IMG/VR virus record: IMGVR_UViG_3300028840_002420
Span: 49,208 to 113,207 of that record
DNA: 64,000 nucleotides
DNA from: a virus
Reading direction: 5' to 3' (one strand)
Under the pieces are notes generated by a model. That model saw nothing but the letters and a program-made list of their open reading frames with translations. It was not told the origin of the DNA and searched no databases. Within the stretch, counting starts at the first letter, position 1. Every line of letters starts with the position of its first letter. The position numbers and the translations under genes were made by a program. Below, in pieces: positions 28,215 through 37,222 of the stretch.

Positions 28215-28469
28215 TTGCCGCGAATTGCCATATCGTCGGCTCTGACCAGGTATTCGCTGTGCTCTGTCGGGCTGACGCGATGTGGGGCGATCCGTGGTCC
28301 AAGGGGCTCGCGGATTATCTCAATGCGGTAGCTGAGCGCGAGTGGCGCGAAAGAGAACGGGAGCTCGACCTTGCGCGGCAGCTCGAGCTGTACCCAGAGA
28401 CTGAAGAGCAGGAGCCGGACGTGGTGCCGGCCGAGTTGGTGCTGGAGTGGGACGCGTACGGAGGTACTG

Positions 28470-28826
28470 ATGGAGATTCCGCAAGACAAGCTCGTTGATC
28501 TGATGCAGCGGTTTCCAGCGGCGCGGGAGTGGCTGTATCGGCCGGTGTTGCAGGAGGCGCTCCAAGTGGCCTACAAGCTGGGCTGGTTGGCTGGGCAGCA
28601 GAACGAGCGCGATCAGGGGCCGGCGAAGTCGTTCGAAGAGCTGGAGCAGCGGCGTGCGCGGCGCACGCTGGGAGGCTATTCCGTGCACTGCTGCGATGGC
28701 TGTGGAGAGGAGATCGCACAGAGCGAGGCGGCTGTGGCTTCGAACCATGGTGTTTTTCATGAGCGCTGCTACAAGGCAGATCCGAAGCGCGGACTGCCCC
28801 AGCCGAAAGGGGGACAAGGGCGATGA
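28470..28826 (+). CDS. Hypothetical protein with Zn-binding motif
   Basis: GGAGG RBS; CDGC...HERC. Confidence 0.65.
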   Translation: MEIPQDKLVDLMQRFPAAREWLYRPVLQEALQVAYKLGWLAGQQNERDQGPAKSFEELEQRRARRTLGGYSVHCCDGCGEEIAQSEAAVASNHGVFHERCYKADPKRGLPQPKGGQGR

Positions 28827-29299
28827 ATCAGACAGGGCGCAGCATGATCGCGATAGCGGTCACCAGGGTGCTGCGGAAGTACGAAGATAGCGGACACATC
28901 CGGGCCGGGTGCGGACGGCGCGGTGATCGGCCAAATTGGGCCGCGGGCTGGGTGCCGGGGATGGACGATACCGGGGGGCTCGGACCGATTCCGCAAGGGA
29001 CCATTGACGCCATCGCGGAAGAGGTGGCGCGGAACATCGAGACACAGCTGGACGCGGCTCAGGGCAAGACACCCGAAGCGCCTCCAGAGAAGCCAAAGAA
29101 GCGCGAACGGCCGGATTGGCTGATCGTGGTTGGTGGTGACAAGCAAGGGGAAGATGATGCAGACGACGTTCGATCAGGTGAAGGTATTTTCGGCGACGAA
29201 GGCGAAGGATCGGGGACAGCTGGGCGAGACAGTGACGGAGTGGCTGCGGAAGCAGCCGCGAACGGAGATAGTGGACAAGCAGATCCTCCAGAGCAGTGA
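28823..29299 (+). CDS. Hypothetical protein
   Basis: ATGA overlap; 3' end overlaps the next gene. Confidence 0.5.
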   Translation: MNQTGRSMIAIAVTRVLRKYEDSGHIRAGCGRRGDRPNWAAGWVPGMDDTGGLGPIPQGTIDAIAEEVARNIETQLDAAQGKTPEAPPEKPKKRERPDWLIVVGGDKQGEDDADDVRSGEGIFGDEGEGSGTAGRDSDGVAAEAAANGDSGQADPPEQ

Positions 29300-29555
29300 T
29301 GCCGAGTTTCATTGCCTGACGATCGTCCTGTTTCTGCGGGAGCCGCGGCAGCTGCCTGTGCTGCACTGTCTCAGGAATGGCCGGGCGATGTGCAAAAAGT
29401 TCCGCCAACCGCCCGGCAAGTGGCCGAAGGGTCATCAGTGGCTGTCGATTGCGGACTGGCCCGATGATGCCAGGCCTGGGATCCCGTTTCACGGTCCGCG
29501 CGGGTCGGCGATGATCTGTCCGCGATGCTATGAGGAGTTGAATCGTGCCGATTGA
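29154..29555 (+). CDS. Myxococcota-type small conserved protein with C-terminal Cys extension
   Basis: VKVFSATKAKDRGQLGETVTEWL...EIVDKQILQSSDAEFHCLTIVLF resembles, from recall, a family common in myxobacteria. Confidence 0.65.
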   Translation: MMQTTFDQVKVFSATKAKDRGQLGETVTEWLRKQPRTEIVDKQILQSSDAEFHCLTIVLFLREPRQLPVLHCLRNGRAMCKKFRQPPGKWPKGHQWLSIADWPDDARPGIPFHGPRGSAMICPRCYEELNRAD

Positions 29556-29994
29556 CGCGAAAGAGCATGCAGCTGAGCTGCTGGAAGAATGCCGCCATCC
29601 GTTGGGCTCGAGCAGTATCTTGGCGGCGAGTCCGGACTACACGGCCGCCGTGTTTCGTGCAGCGCTCGAGTTAGCCTACGAGCTGGGTGAGGAAGGCGCC
29701 AAGCTGCCCGAGCCACGGAAGTTCCGAGAGGGTGTTAGTCGGCTGATCGCTGCGCACCAAGGGACAGTGACGGGGCCGGTGACGTTGCGAGATGGGCCGG
29801 TGGAGATCCCGGTGACGGAGGAGATGCTGGGCTTTCGAGGGGCGTCACAGGCTGTTTGCACCCAGTGCGGACGCAAGACGTGGGATGCGGTGCTGATCGG
29901 CCTGACGTGCGGAATGTCGCAGCCTGATGGTACGAAATGCGAGGGGCGCTTCTACACGGAGGAGATGGCGCGCGTGAGCGGGAGAAGGCCGTAG
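29545..29994 (+). CDS. Hypothetical protein
   Basis: GAGGAG RBS; C-terminal Cys motif. Confidence 0.6.
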   Translation: MPIDAKEHAAELLEECRHPLGSSSILAASPDYTAAVFRAALELAYELGEEGAKLPEPRKFREGVSRLIAAHQGTVTGPVTLRDGPVEIPVTEEMLGFRGASQAVCTQCGRKTWDAVLIGLTCGMSQPDGTKCEGRFYTEEMARVSGRRP

Positions 29995-30003
29995 GGGGAT
30001 CAC

Positions 30004-30522
30004 GTGTATTACGACATCATTGGATACGCGCCCAGTCGTGGGAGCATGGGGGTGCACGGGTTCTCGATTCAACTCTATCCCGGCTGGAGGGGTTTGGTTG
30101 AGCGGTCGCAGATGGACCAGGAGCGTGCTGACCACCTGATCAAAAACAGCGGGCGCTGGTGGCTTGACTCGTGCGGCTACGATCGCATCTTCGACCCCGA
30201 CAACTGCGGCATCGACTATGACCCGAAGAAACCACCGGGCCCTGAAGCCGGACCAGCCTACAAGCCTCTGATCGACCTACGCGTGAAGTGGGGGGGATGG
30301 GGTCCGGAGCACATCATGGTGCCGGGCGATGCGTGCGGTCTCGACCTCGACCACCATTCGCCATCGCACGTCGAGGGCGGCGCCGTGCTGCTGCCCCACA
30401 ACGTTGACACCTGGAAGCAAAAGAACCTGCTGATGATCGTGTTTTTGCATATCGCCTACTCGTTGTCGTTCTATAACGAAGCGGACCGTGCGGAAAGAGA
30501 GGCGAAGCGCAATGCGGACTGA
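30004..30522 (+). CDS. Conserved hypothetical phage protein
   Basis: WGGWGPEHIMVPGDACGLD...LLPHNVD. Confidence 0.7.
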   Translation: MYYDIIGYAPSRGSMGVHGFSIQLYPGWRGLVERSQMDQERADHLIKNSGRWWLDSCGYDRIFDPDNCGIDYDPKKPPGPEAGPAYKPLIDLRVKWGGWGPEHIMVPGDACGLDLDHHSPSHVEGGAVLLPHNVDTWKQKNLLMIVFLHIAYSLSFYNEADRAEREAKRNAD

Positions 30523-31237
30523 CCAGATGGTGTGGGTGCTTGAGCTGGCGGAGCGTCATTTGGAAACGATGTTTCGCGATCTGGAAGAGCTGGATGAGCA
30601 GATCGCGGAAACCGACCCGTGGGATTGCCCCGGAGAGGCGGAGTCTCGGCATCAGAATCTGTTTGATGCGAAGACCCGGATCTACGAGGCGCTGCGGGAT
30701 ATCACGGGCACCCACGGGGACATTCCGCAGCAGCTGCTGGAGGCGATTCGGGATTTGCGGAAAGCCTTTCAGGAGTCGCTTAAGCGTAGCTGCGAAGTCG
30801 ATGAGCATGGGTTTACGAACAGTCTCGGGTTCACGGTGTCCTTCCAGCACCCCATGTTGACGAATGCGCCGTCCGCGGAAGAAATCGAGCGGGCGATCCA
30901 TTCGGGCTGGACCAAGGGTAGCGGTCTGGCCATCCGGGAGTTTCTGGCGCGGCCGGAAGTGCTCGAGCAGCTCGAAGCGGTTGGCGCTGTGGAATCAGTA
31001 CCGAGCGGGTCCAACAACCAGGTGGGGGAGACGTGCAGCTGTCATTTGATGGATTGCGGAAAGCGCTGCGCTGTGTGCCTGGAAGCGGAAGCTCGAGTGC
31101 TGGGCATTCCCACGGAAGAGCCGAAGCCGGAGCCGCCGAAGCGGTGCTACTACATGCCGGGCATCTCCTTTGGGCAGAACACAGGCTACTGCCGCAAGTG
31201 CGGAAAGAAGAGAGAGGATCCGATCCATGACCGTTGA
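30512..31237 (+). CDS. Hypothetical protein with C-terminal Cys motifs
   Basis: Long ORF in operon; GAGG RBS. Confidence 0.65.
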   Translation: MRTDQMVWVLELAERHLETMFRDLEELDEQIAETDPWDCPGEAESRHQNLFDAKTRIYEALRDITGTHGDIPQQLLEAIRDLRKAFQESLKRSCEVDEHGFTNSLGFTVSFQHPMLTNAPSAEEIERAIHSGWTKGSGLAIREFLARPEVLEQLEAVGAVESVPSGSNNQVGETCSCHLMDCGKRCAVCLEAEARVLGIPTEEPKPEPPKRCYYMPGISFGQNTGYCRKCGKKREDPIHDR

Positions 31238-31814
31238 GCGGATGGCAGGCCAAGCGCCGTGGACCGTGAGCGTGGCTGTGATGCCGGGCGAAGAGAACTG
31301 TCCCGAGCTGGACAGGCTCGACCAGGGGCTGCGGAAGGACCGTGGTTGGCGGGAGGGCGACGAGTTCATCGCGGTGTGGAAATCGCATATCAGGTGGCCT
31401 ATGGAGCGCTGGTGGCCTCCCAGGCAGTCCGATATCGATGATCTGCGCGAAGCTCTCGAAGCTGGGATGCAGACTCCGCCGATGCCTCGGACGTTTGCGG
31501 AATGGCAGGACTGGTTGGTGCGGATGCTGTCCATGCCGGCCGGTGAGGCCGTCAATCGGGAGTTCGCGCGGCCGGAATACGGCGAGTCGTTGGCGGTCAA
31601 AGCGCTCCGTTCGATGCCGATCAAAGTCGATCCTACGCTGCCGCCCGGTACTGTGGAGTTGCGCGGGCAGGGGAGAGCTGTGCTATTCAATATCGGCGTG
31701 GACCGATCGGACCGGCCTGATGTCGGGGTGAAGACCAAGGTGACCTTGACGAAGGACCTGAAGGTCAAGCTCGGACCGATCATCGATCCGGAGACCGGCG
31801 AAGAAATCTGGTAG
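31227..31814 (+). CDS. Hypothetical protein
   Basis: GAGG RBS; ends just before a class A promoter. Confidence 0.65.
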   Translation: MTVERMAGQAPWTVSVAVMPGEENCPELDRLDQGLRKDRGWREGDEFIAVWKSHIRWPMERWWPPRQSDIDDLREALEAGMQTPPMPRTFAEWQDWLVRMLSMPAGEAVNREFARPEYGESLAVKALRSMPIKVDPTLPPGTVELRGQGRAVLFNIGVDRSDRPDVGVKTKVTLTKDLKVKLGPIIDPETGEEIW

Positions 31815-31820
31815 AGGGCT

Positions 31821-31850
31821 GCTACACTTTGGCCGCTCAGCGCATAGTAG
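31821..31850 (+). promoter_or_regulatory. Class A phage promoter motif GCTACA-N16-CATAGTAG
   Basis: Intergenic; nearly identical to the copy at 36155. Confidence 0.8.
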
Positions 31851-31855
31851 TAGAT

Positions 31856-32012
31856 GGAACGGGCTGGCGTTACGCCGTCCGAGTTGTTGTTTCTCGCAGC
31901 CTCCCGAACCATTGGAGGCCACAAGGCCCTGAAGCACTACACACAGGGCCACGGAGCTTCACGCCCTTGGGGTAGTCAAGTCGAGGTGGCTGCCCCAGGG
32001 GGACTGTGAAAG
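31856..32012 (+). ncRNA. Candidate four-hairpin small RNA or leader
   Basis: Stems 31860-31881, 31899-31919, 31925-31950, 31964-32001, directly downstream of a promoter motif. Confidence 0.45.
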
Positions 32013-32020
32013 GGGTTAAG

Positions 32021-32359
32021 ATGGCGAGTCGATTGCAGCGATTGGGCCGATTCCGCATAACGAACATGGAGCTGTGTGCGTCTGCGGATTTGGATAGTGC
32101 CTATTGTCGGTCGTTGATGGGCCTGATGGGACAGATGATCATCATTCGCGCGACAGACAATCCGTTTCGGGCGTCGATCGACTACTGGGCGATCAGCGGT
32201 TTGTTTGATGAGATCGAAGAGGGCGCGGTTGTGCCGTGGTACGAGATCGAATTCCAGACGGTCGATCATGGCGAGGACTACGCCGAGCAGGGTCACGCGC
32301 ATCAATTCGAGGCAGTGGCCAAGGCGGTCAAGCGGAAAGCTCCGGGCGAGGTGTGGTGA
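32021..32359 (+). CDS. Hypothetical protein
   Basis: YWAISGLFDEIEEGAVVPWY, phage-typical; ATG 32021. Confidence 0.7.
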   Translation: MASRLQRLGRFRITNMELCASADLDSAYCRSLMGLMGQMIIIRATDNPFRASIDYWAISGLFDEIEEGAVVPWYEIEFQTVDHGEDYAEQGHAHQFEAVAKAVKRKAPGEVW

Positions 32360-32652
32360 TGGCGACGAAGCTGGATGAGCCGAAGATGGCGCTATTCGAC
32401 ATCGCCCAGAAGATCGGCAAGCCGGTCCGTGTAACGTGGAAAGGTGCGGACGACGCTGTGAGGGAGGAAGTCGTGGTGCCGTTTACGATCGTCCGGGAGA
32501 GGCCTGCAGCCGATCCGGGTCCGGGAACCTATCGACCGGGGCAGAAGCGGCGGAAGCTGTTTTCGTTGGTGCTGGGCTGCGTGAAGAAAGGCGGAGGCGC
32601 TGTCAATATCGGCTGCGCGCGCATCGTTAGCATGGTCGAAGTCGATGGTTGA
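32359..32652 (+). CDS. WYL-like domain protein (stand-alone, divergent)
   Basis: PVRVTWKGADDAVREEVVVPFTI...LVLGC...IGCARIVSM resembles the WYL-domain pattern. Confidence 0.4.
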   Translation: MATKLDEPKMALFDIAQKIGKPVRVTWKGADDAVREEVVVPFTIVRERPAADPGPGTYRPGQKRRKLFSLVLGCVKKGGGAVNIGCARIVSMVEVDG

Positions 32653-33097
32653 CGAGCAGCTGTGGTGTCCGGAATGTCGGACGTGGACCGGCCGAGACGA
32701 GCAGGGCTGTACGCGCTGCAGCACGAAGCGCGATGTGGAGGTGGCGCGGTCTGCAGCTCGAGCGCGTCGTGAGGGCGAGCAGTCGTTGAAGCGGGCCGCT
32801 CAGATCATCTTCGAGTCCGCAATGGCCGAAATGAGGCGACACATTCAGGCGATCGAAGGCGTGCTGCGTCAGTTGGTCGAGCGCGGCTACGACGTTTCGA
32901 GCATGAGCGTTAATTCCTACGGGCCGCTTGGGCATCGAGAGGAAGTCTGGTGTCAGAACACGTGCGTGTGTGCGGTGAAGCGGACGTGGGAGGGCCTGGA
33001 GATCACAGTCAAGTACGTGGTCTATCCAAACGGGCGGCCGGAAGGCTGGCCCGAGCTGAAGCTGGAGGTGCCGAGTGAAGTTAGCGGAAGTGATTGA
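32645..33097 (+). CDS. Hypothetical protein with zinc ribbon
   Basis: CPEC...CTRC. Confidence 0.6.
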   Translation: MVDEQLWCPECRTWTGRDEQGCTRCSTKRDVEVARSAARARREGEQSLKRAAQIIFESAMAEMRRHIQAIEGVLRQLVERGYDVSSMSVNSYGPLGHREEVWCQNTCVCAVKRTWEGLEITVKYVVYPNGRPEGWPELKLEVPSEVSGSD

Positions 33098-33521
33098 GGC
33101 GCTCGAGCAGTTTGGATTTGGCGAAGGCTATGTCAGGCAGGCGCTCGCCGCTGGTGATTCCGCATTCAACGCGTTTGAAGGCCTCAAGATGCTGCTGCAG
33201 TATCGTTGGCGTGAGATGTGTCAAGAGCTGTCCGCAGAGCGTCAAAAGGAGCTGCGGCCGATTTACGACAAGCTGCAGGGCCTCGTGATGAAGTCGCGGA
33301 TGACGCCGGCTGACAAAGAGCGCCAGGAGCGGGCCAGTTCGGCCAGAATCGCCGATCGGCTGCAGGACCATTTGGAGGTCAGCCGCCGTCGAAATATGCG
33401 TGAGTTCACGCGGATGGTGCGTGATGGGCTTCGGAAAGACAAGCGGGAAGGCAAGCTGGACGCGGCCGGCGAGGCTCGTGCTCGAGCGTTGGGCTTTTTC
33501 GATGCAGATGAGGAGATCTGA
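33075..33521 (+). CDS. Hypothetical protein
   Basis: GGAGG RBS before GTG. Confidence 0.65.
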   Translation: MKLAEVIEALEQFGFGEGYVRQALAAGDSAFNAFEGLKMLLQYRWREMCQELSAERQKELRPIYDKLQGLVMKSRMTPADKERQERASSARIADRLQDHLEVSRRRNMREFTRMVRDGLRKDKREGKLDAAGEARARALGFFDADEEI

Positions 33522-33522
33522 G

Positions 33523-33867
33523 GTGAGGAAAGTTCGAATCAATCGTTCACAGCAGATCTTAGACTGCCTGAATTTGAGTGATGATCCGTGGTGGTCCGCT
33601 GGCGATATCGCGTCCGAGTGTGGCGAGCGGAGAGCCGTGATTGCGGCAACGCTCACGTTGCTTTATCGTAAGCGGCTCGTGGCCAAGAAACGGACATTCG
33701 GGACGGTGGTCGGGAGCTTCGGTCAGACGCACACAGGCAAGCTGACGGTTTGGAGACTGAGCGATGGATATCGAAGAGCTAGATCGGAAGGTCAAGGAGA
33801 TCATGCCGCGGAGCGAAGTCACCGAAGTGGAGGGCTTTGCGGAGCTGCTGTCTCCGAAAGCTCGTAA
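33523..33867 (+). CDS. Winged-HTH protein
   Basis: QQILDCL...WWSAGDIASECG...IAATLTLLYRKRLV. Confidence 0.55.
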   Translation: MRKVRINRSQQILDCLNLSDDPWWSAGDIASECGERRAVIAATLTLLYRKRLVAKKRTFGTVVGSFGQTHTGKLTVWRLSDGYRRARSEGQGDHAAERSHRSGGLCGAAVSESS

Positions 33868-34291
33868 GGTCTATGAGACGCGGCAGACCACGGTCAAAAT
33901 CGAGCTGAATAAGCCTATCGAAGGTGGGGGCTACGAGCGCTACCTTTGCGAGCTGGTCCCGTTCGCCAAGATCTTCGAGCTGTCGGACGGCGAGGAAAAC
34001 GCTCCGCAGTGGGCTCTTCAGAAGCTTGCGGACGTGTTTTCCAGGCTGGTCGATGAGGGCTGGCTTGATCACGGGGTGCTGGGTCCGCTGGTACAGATCC
34101 GTCTGGCTGATCTGCCGGCTGTTCCGCAGTTCATTCGCCGGGTGATGTTGTGCCTCTATCCCTACCCAACGCTGAAGGTGATGCTTGACGAGCGCGATCC
34201 GTGGACGGTGCTCAATGCGGCGGTGGGCGTGGATGCGTTCGCCCCAGAGGGCCGCGCAGCCAATCCTGACGGTTGGAGGGATATGAGGTGA
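33764..34291 (+). CDS. Hypothetical protein
   Basis: GGAG RBS; long ORF. Confidence 0.65.
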   Translation: MDIEELDRKVKEIMPRSEVTEVEGFAELLSPKARKVYETRQTTVKIELNKPIEGGGYERYLCELVPFAKIFELSDGEENAPQWALQKLADVFSRLVDEGWLDHGVLGPLVQIRLADLPAVPQFIRRVMLCLYPYPTLKVMLDERDPWTVLNAAVGVDAFAPEGRAANPDGWRDMR

Positions 34292-34785
34292 TTTTGCATC
34301 TACACGGTGGGCGGAATTATCAAGCGATTCATCCCGTGTCAGCGCGTCAGTTGTTGGATTTAGCGCTGGGGCAGCCGCCGAAGTTGAGCTGGAGTGAGCG
34401 GTGGGGGCGTTTAAAGTGCCGGCTGTTCGGGCACGATTTGGTGTTGGACCGGTGGGTGCGGGCTGATAACCCGATGTGGTTCAAGGATCTGGACTACGAA
34501 ATCCATCTAGGGTGCAGGCGTTGTCGATTCCTGCTGACGTTGCCTCCAGAGTTTGATGACTTGCACGGTCAGGGACGGCTGCGGGATCCGATCGGAGCTT
34601 ATCGAGAATGACTCCGCGGAGGCGGAAGAGCAGAAGGCTGCGCCGGGCGCGGCAGCGGGAGATCCGGGCGTGGCGCGGAATCACACGGCAGTCGAGCACG
34701 ATCCGGTTGGCGAATTTCCGACCGAGCTCGGGCGGGTATTCTGCGGACCTGGTAACCATCGATTGCGTTATTCACGGAGAGACTG

Positions 34786-35358
34786 ATGCGGCCGATTGAT
34801 TGGTTTGCCCCTGTGGGGCTCTGTGTGGCCGGTGCTGGCCTTTGCATTTGGGGGGCGATCGTTAGCTCCGGAGCTGGCCGCGGCGTGTGCCTGGCGACAG
34901 CTGGCGGTCTGGTGGCCATTCTCATCGCGTTTGTCTGGATGAGACTATCGGCTCGGAAGCCTGATTTCACGATCGCCGTGTACGAGGTGCACGTGGTCCG
35001 CGGGAAGCGGAATCGGCCGACTCCGCAAGACGTGGACCGGTGGGTGAAGCGGGTCGTGGCTCATTGGGCCGGACAGAAGATCTGGCCTGATCTGGCCAAC
35101 GGCGTGACGGGCGAGCAGATCACTCGAGTGATCCGCGGGACGACGTTGTTCTATCTCGATAAAGAGAAGCTGACGGTGTGGGGTCGAGCTGTCCGCGGCT
35201 TCACCCAGGGCAAGGATTGCGCGATTGGCTACACGGTCGGAGCGGTCGAGTCGTTGACGATGCACGAGCTGAGCCATGTGGTGCTGGGAGGTTGCGGAAT
35301 CGCGTGGTCTGAGCAGGCGCACCATGATCTGTTCGAGCGGACGAAGCTGGGGGCCTGA
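34786..35358 (+). CDS. Membrane-anchored HExxH zinc metallopeptidase-like protein
   Basis: Two N-terminal hydrophobic helices; HELSH...H. Confidence 0.6.
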   Translation: MRPIDWFAPVGLCVAGAGLCIWGAIVSSGAGRGVCLATAGGLVAILIAFVWMRLSARKPDFTIAVYEVHVVRGKRNRPTPQDVDRWVKRVVAHWAGQKIWPDLANGVTGEQITRVIRGTTLFYLDKEKLTVWGRAVRGFTQGKDCAIGYTVGAVESLTMHELSHVVLGGCGIAWSEQAHHDLFERTKLGA

Positions 35359-35569
35359 GATGTCGAAGCCTCATTGTTTCGATGTGGTCGAGCAGAAGTT
35401 GTTGTGCGGGCGAACGTTATCGGCCGGGCTCGAGCTGTTGCGGTTCGCGTCGTTTTTGTATTTCATGCGCGAGCACCCAACGCGGTGCTGTCCGCTGTGC
35501 GTGAAGGCGTGGCGTGAGCAAAGAATCGGCGAAAGGCTGCTTTCATTGAGGGGATAAAGGACGATTGAC

Positions 35570-35767
35570 GTGGAAGAATATCAACAGCGCGTAGTTGCGG
35601 AGAAGGCCGAGCTGGACGGCAGATTGAAGCGGTTGACTGCGTTTTTGGCGAGCAAGGCGATCGAGTCCGTTGCTCTGGTTGAGCGGAATCGGCTCATCGA
35701 GCAGCAGGGGTACATGGCCCAATATTCGGACGTGCTCGGTAGGCGTATCGCCTGGTTTCAGGAGTAG
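35570..35767 (+). CDS. crAss001_48-like small phage protein
   Basis: YQQRVVAEKAELDGRLKRLTAFL...QQGYMAQYSDVLGRRI. Confidence 0.75.
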   Translation: MEEYQQRVVAEKAELDGRLKRLTAFLASKAIESVALVERNRLIEQQGYMAQYSDVLGRRIAWFQE

Positions 35768-36088
35768 CCCAATGTGTATGTGCGGCGGAGTCATTGAGGT
35801 CGGGATCCTCGGAGCGATCGGCTTGGCGCTGGTAGCTGCCTGGCGTTGGATGGCGCGGAAGCTCCGTAGGTGATCCAAGTCTTACCGATAGTCCGTTGGG
35901 TTGTCGTCGAGCGGCTGTTCGCTTGGCGGATCGAGGTGCCGCTGTTCACGCTAGCCCCAACGGCTGACGAATTACCGAACGAAAGAGCGCCTCCGCATGC
36001 GGGCGTCCCGCAGGCTACCGGGGCCTGGTCGGGGACACCAGCCTGACTGATAACGCAACAATTGAGCATGCGTGAGTGGTAACGGCGC

Positions 36089-36150
36089 GGCGGGCGTCGG
36101 AGTGGCGAGACCCTCAAACTAGGGCGTAGCCGCAACCCGCCTCGATTTTT
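36089..36150 (+). terminator. Long interrupted hairpin with T-tract (terminator or sRNA 3' end)
   Basis: GGCGGG 36089-94/CCCGCC 36136-41, inner stems, then TTTTT 36146-50. Confidence 0.45.
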
Positions 36151-36154
36151 GCCT

Positions 36155-36184
36155 GCTACACTTCGGCGGCTCAGCGCATAGTAG
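36155..36184 (+). promoter_or_regulatory. Class A phage promoter motif GCTACA-N16-CATAGTAG
   Basis: Intergenic copy immediately after a terminator-like hairpin. Confidence 0.8.
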
Positions 36185-36216
36185 GGGTGATGGGGCAAAG
36201 AAGACTGGAGCCGAGA

Positions 36217-36729
36217 ATGATTCCTGTGATCCTTGAGAGTCCGTTTGGCAGTCCCGATCCCAACGTGGTGCAGGCGAACATCGAGTACGCTCGCCGCTGT
36301 GTGAGGGATTGTCTGCTGCGCGGAGAGGCGCCGTACGCTTCGCATCTGCTCTACACGCAGCGGTTGGTACTCGACGACCAGGTTCAAGAGGAGCGGGATC
36401 TAGGAATCCGTGCCGGGTTTGCGTGGCGGCATTTGGCGCGGATGACGGTGGTCTACGTCGACCGTGGGATCACTTCGGGAATGGCCGCGGGGATCCGTAA
36501 CGCGTGCTCGCACAATGTGCCTGTCGTCTATCGAGAGCTGCGGGCGACAGCAGGGGGGCAGTACTTCGGAGTCGATGTTTCGCATCGGCGGTATATGTAT
36601 CAGGTGAGCGGGGAGTGGAAGTACGTGCAGGAGGGGACCTACGGCGATTGTTTGGAATCGCGGGCAGTCGTGAAATGCCATCAGGACACGGTTGAGTTCG
36701 TTGATAGCGAGGATTCTGATGAAGTCTGA
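36217..36729 (+). CDS. Conserved phage protein of the nucleoside deoxyribosyltransferase-like superfamily
   Basis: ILESPF...NIEYARRC..DCLLRGEAPYASHLLYTQ..LDD...ERDLGI...YVDRGITSGM. Confidence 0.7.
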   Translation: MIPVILESPFGSPDPNVVQANIEYARRCVRDCLLRGEAPYASHLLYTQRLVLDDQVQEERDLGIRAGFAWRHLARMTVVYVDRGITSGMAAGIRNACSHNVPVVYRELRATAGGQYFGVDVSHRRYMYQVSGEWKYVQEGTYGDCLESRAVVKCHQDTVEFVDSEDSDEV

Positions 36730-37222
36730 TGAAGTCGAAGCAGAGAGCGTGTTCCGCACCTTCGTTTGTCAGGTGGTGGGCCGGACGCTCGAAGCAGTAC
36801 GGCCGTGTCCGGGGCATCCTGAGCTTTACGAGATCGAGGCTGATGAGTTCCGCAAGCTCGTTGACGGGCTGGTGGAGTCGTTCAAGGCTGGGCTTACTCA
36901 GAGCTTGATCTCTGCCGCAGAGGTCGGAGCTGCGGAAGCAACCAAGCGGCTTGGTACGGGGTCATTGGGTGGGGTGATGCCGCTGCCGACGGGCTTCGTC
37001 GAAGACTCGGAGGCCGCTTGGATAGCGGTGCCGGTCGAGCAGTTCCGCACGCTGCTGTGGCTGTGGTGTAAGGAGTTTGCGGGCAGTATCTACATCCACA
37101 CCTGTAAGGGGCCGAAGGCTTTTTCGGAGATGACCGAAGAGCAGCAGAGGGCCTTCGTAGACGACTGGTACAAGCGGCGTGTGCTGCCCGTGCGGATGAA
37201 GGAGCCGGAATCCGATGACTGA
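36719..37222 (+). CDS. Hypothetical protein
   Basis: GAGG RBS; coupled to neighbours. Confidence 0.6.
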   Translation: MKSDEVEAESVFRTFVCQVVGRTLEAVRPCPGHPELYEIEADEFRKLVDGLVESFKAGLTQSLISAAEVGAAEATKRLGTGSLGGVMPLPTGFVEDSEAAWIAVPVEQFRTLLWLWCKEFAGSIYIHTCKGPKAFSEMTEEQQRAFVDDWYKRRVLPVRMKEPESDD

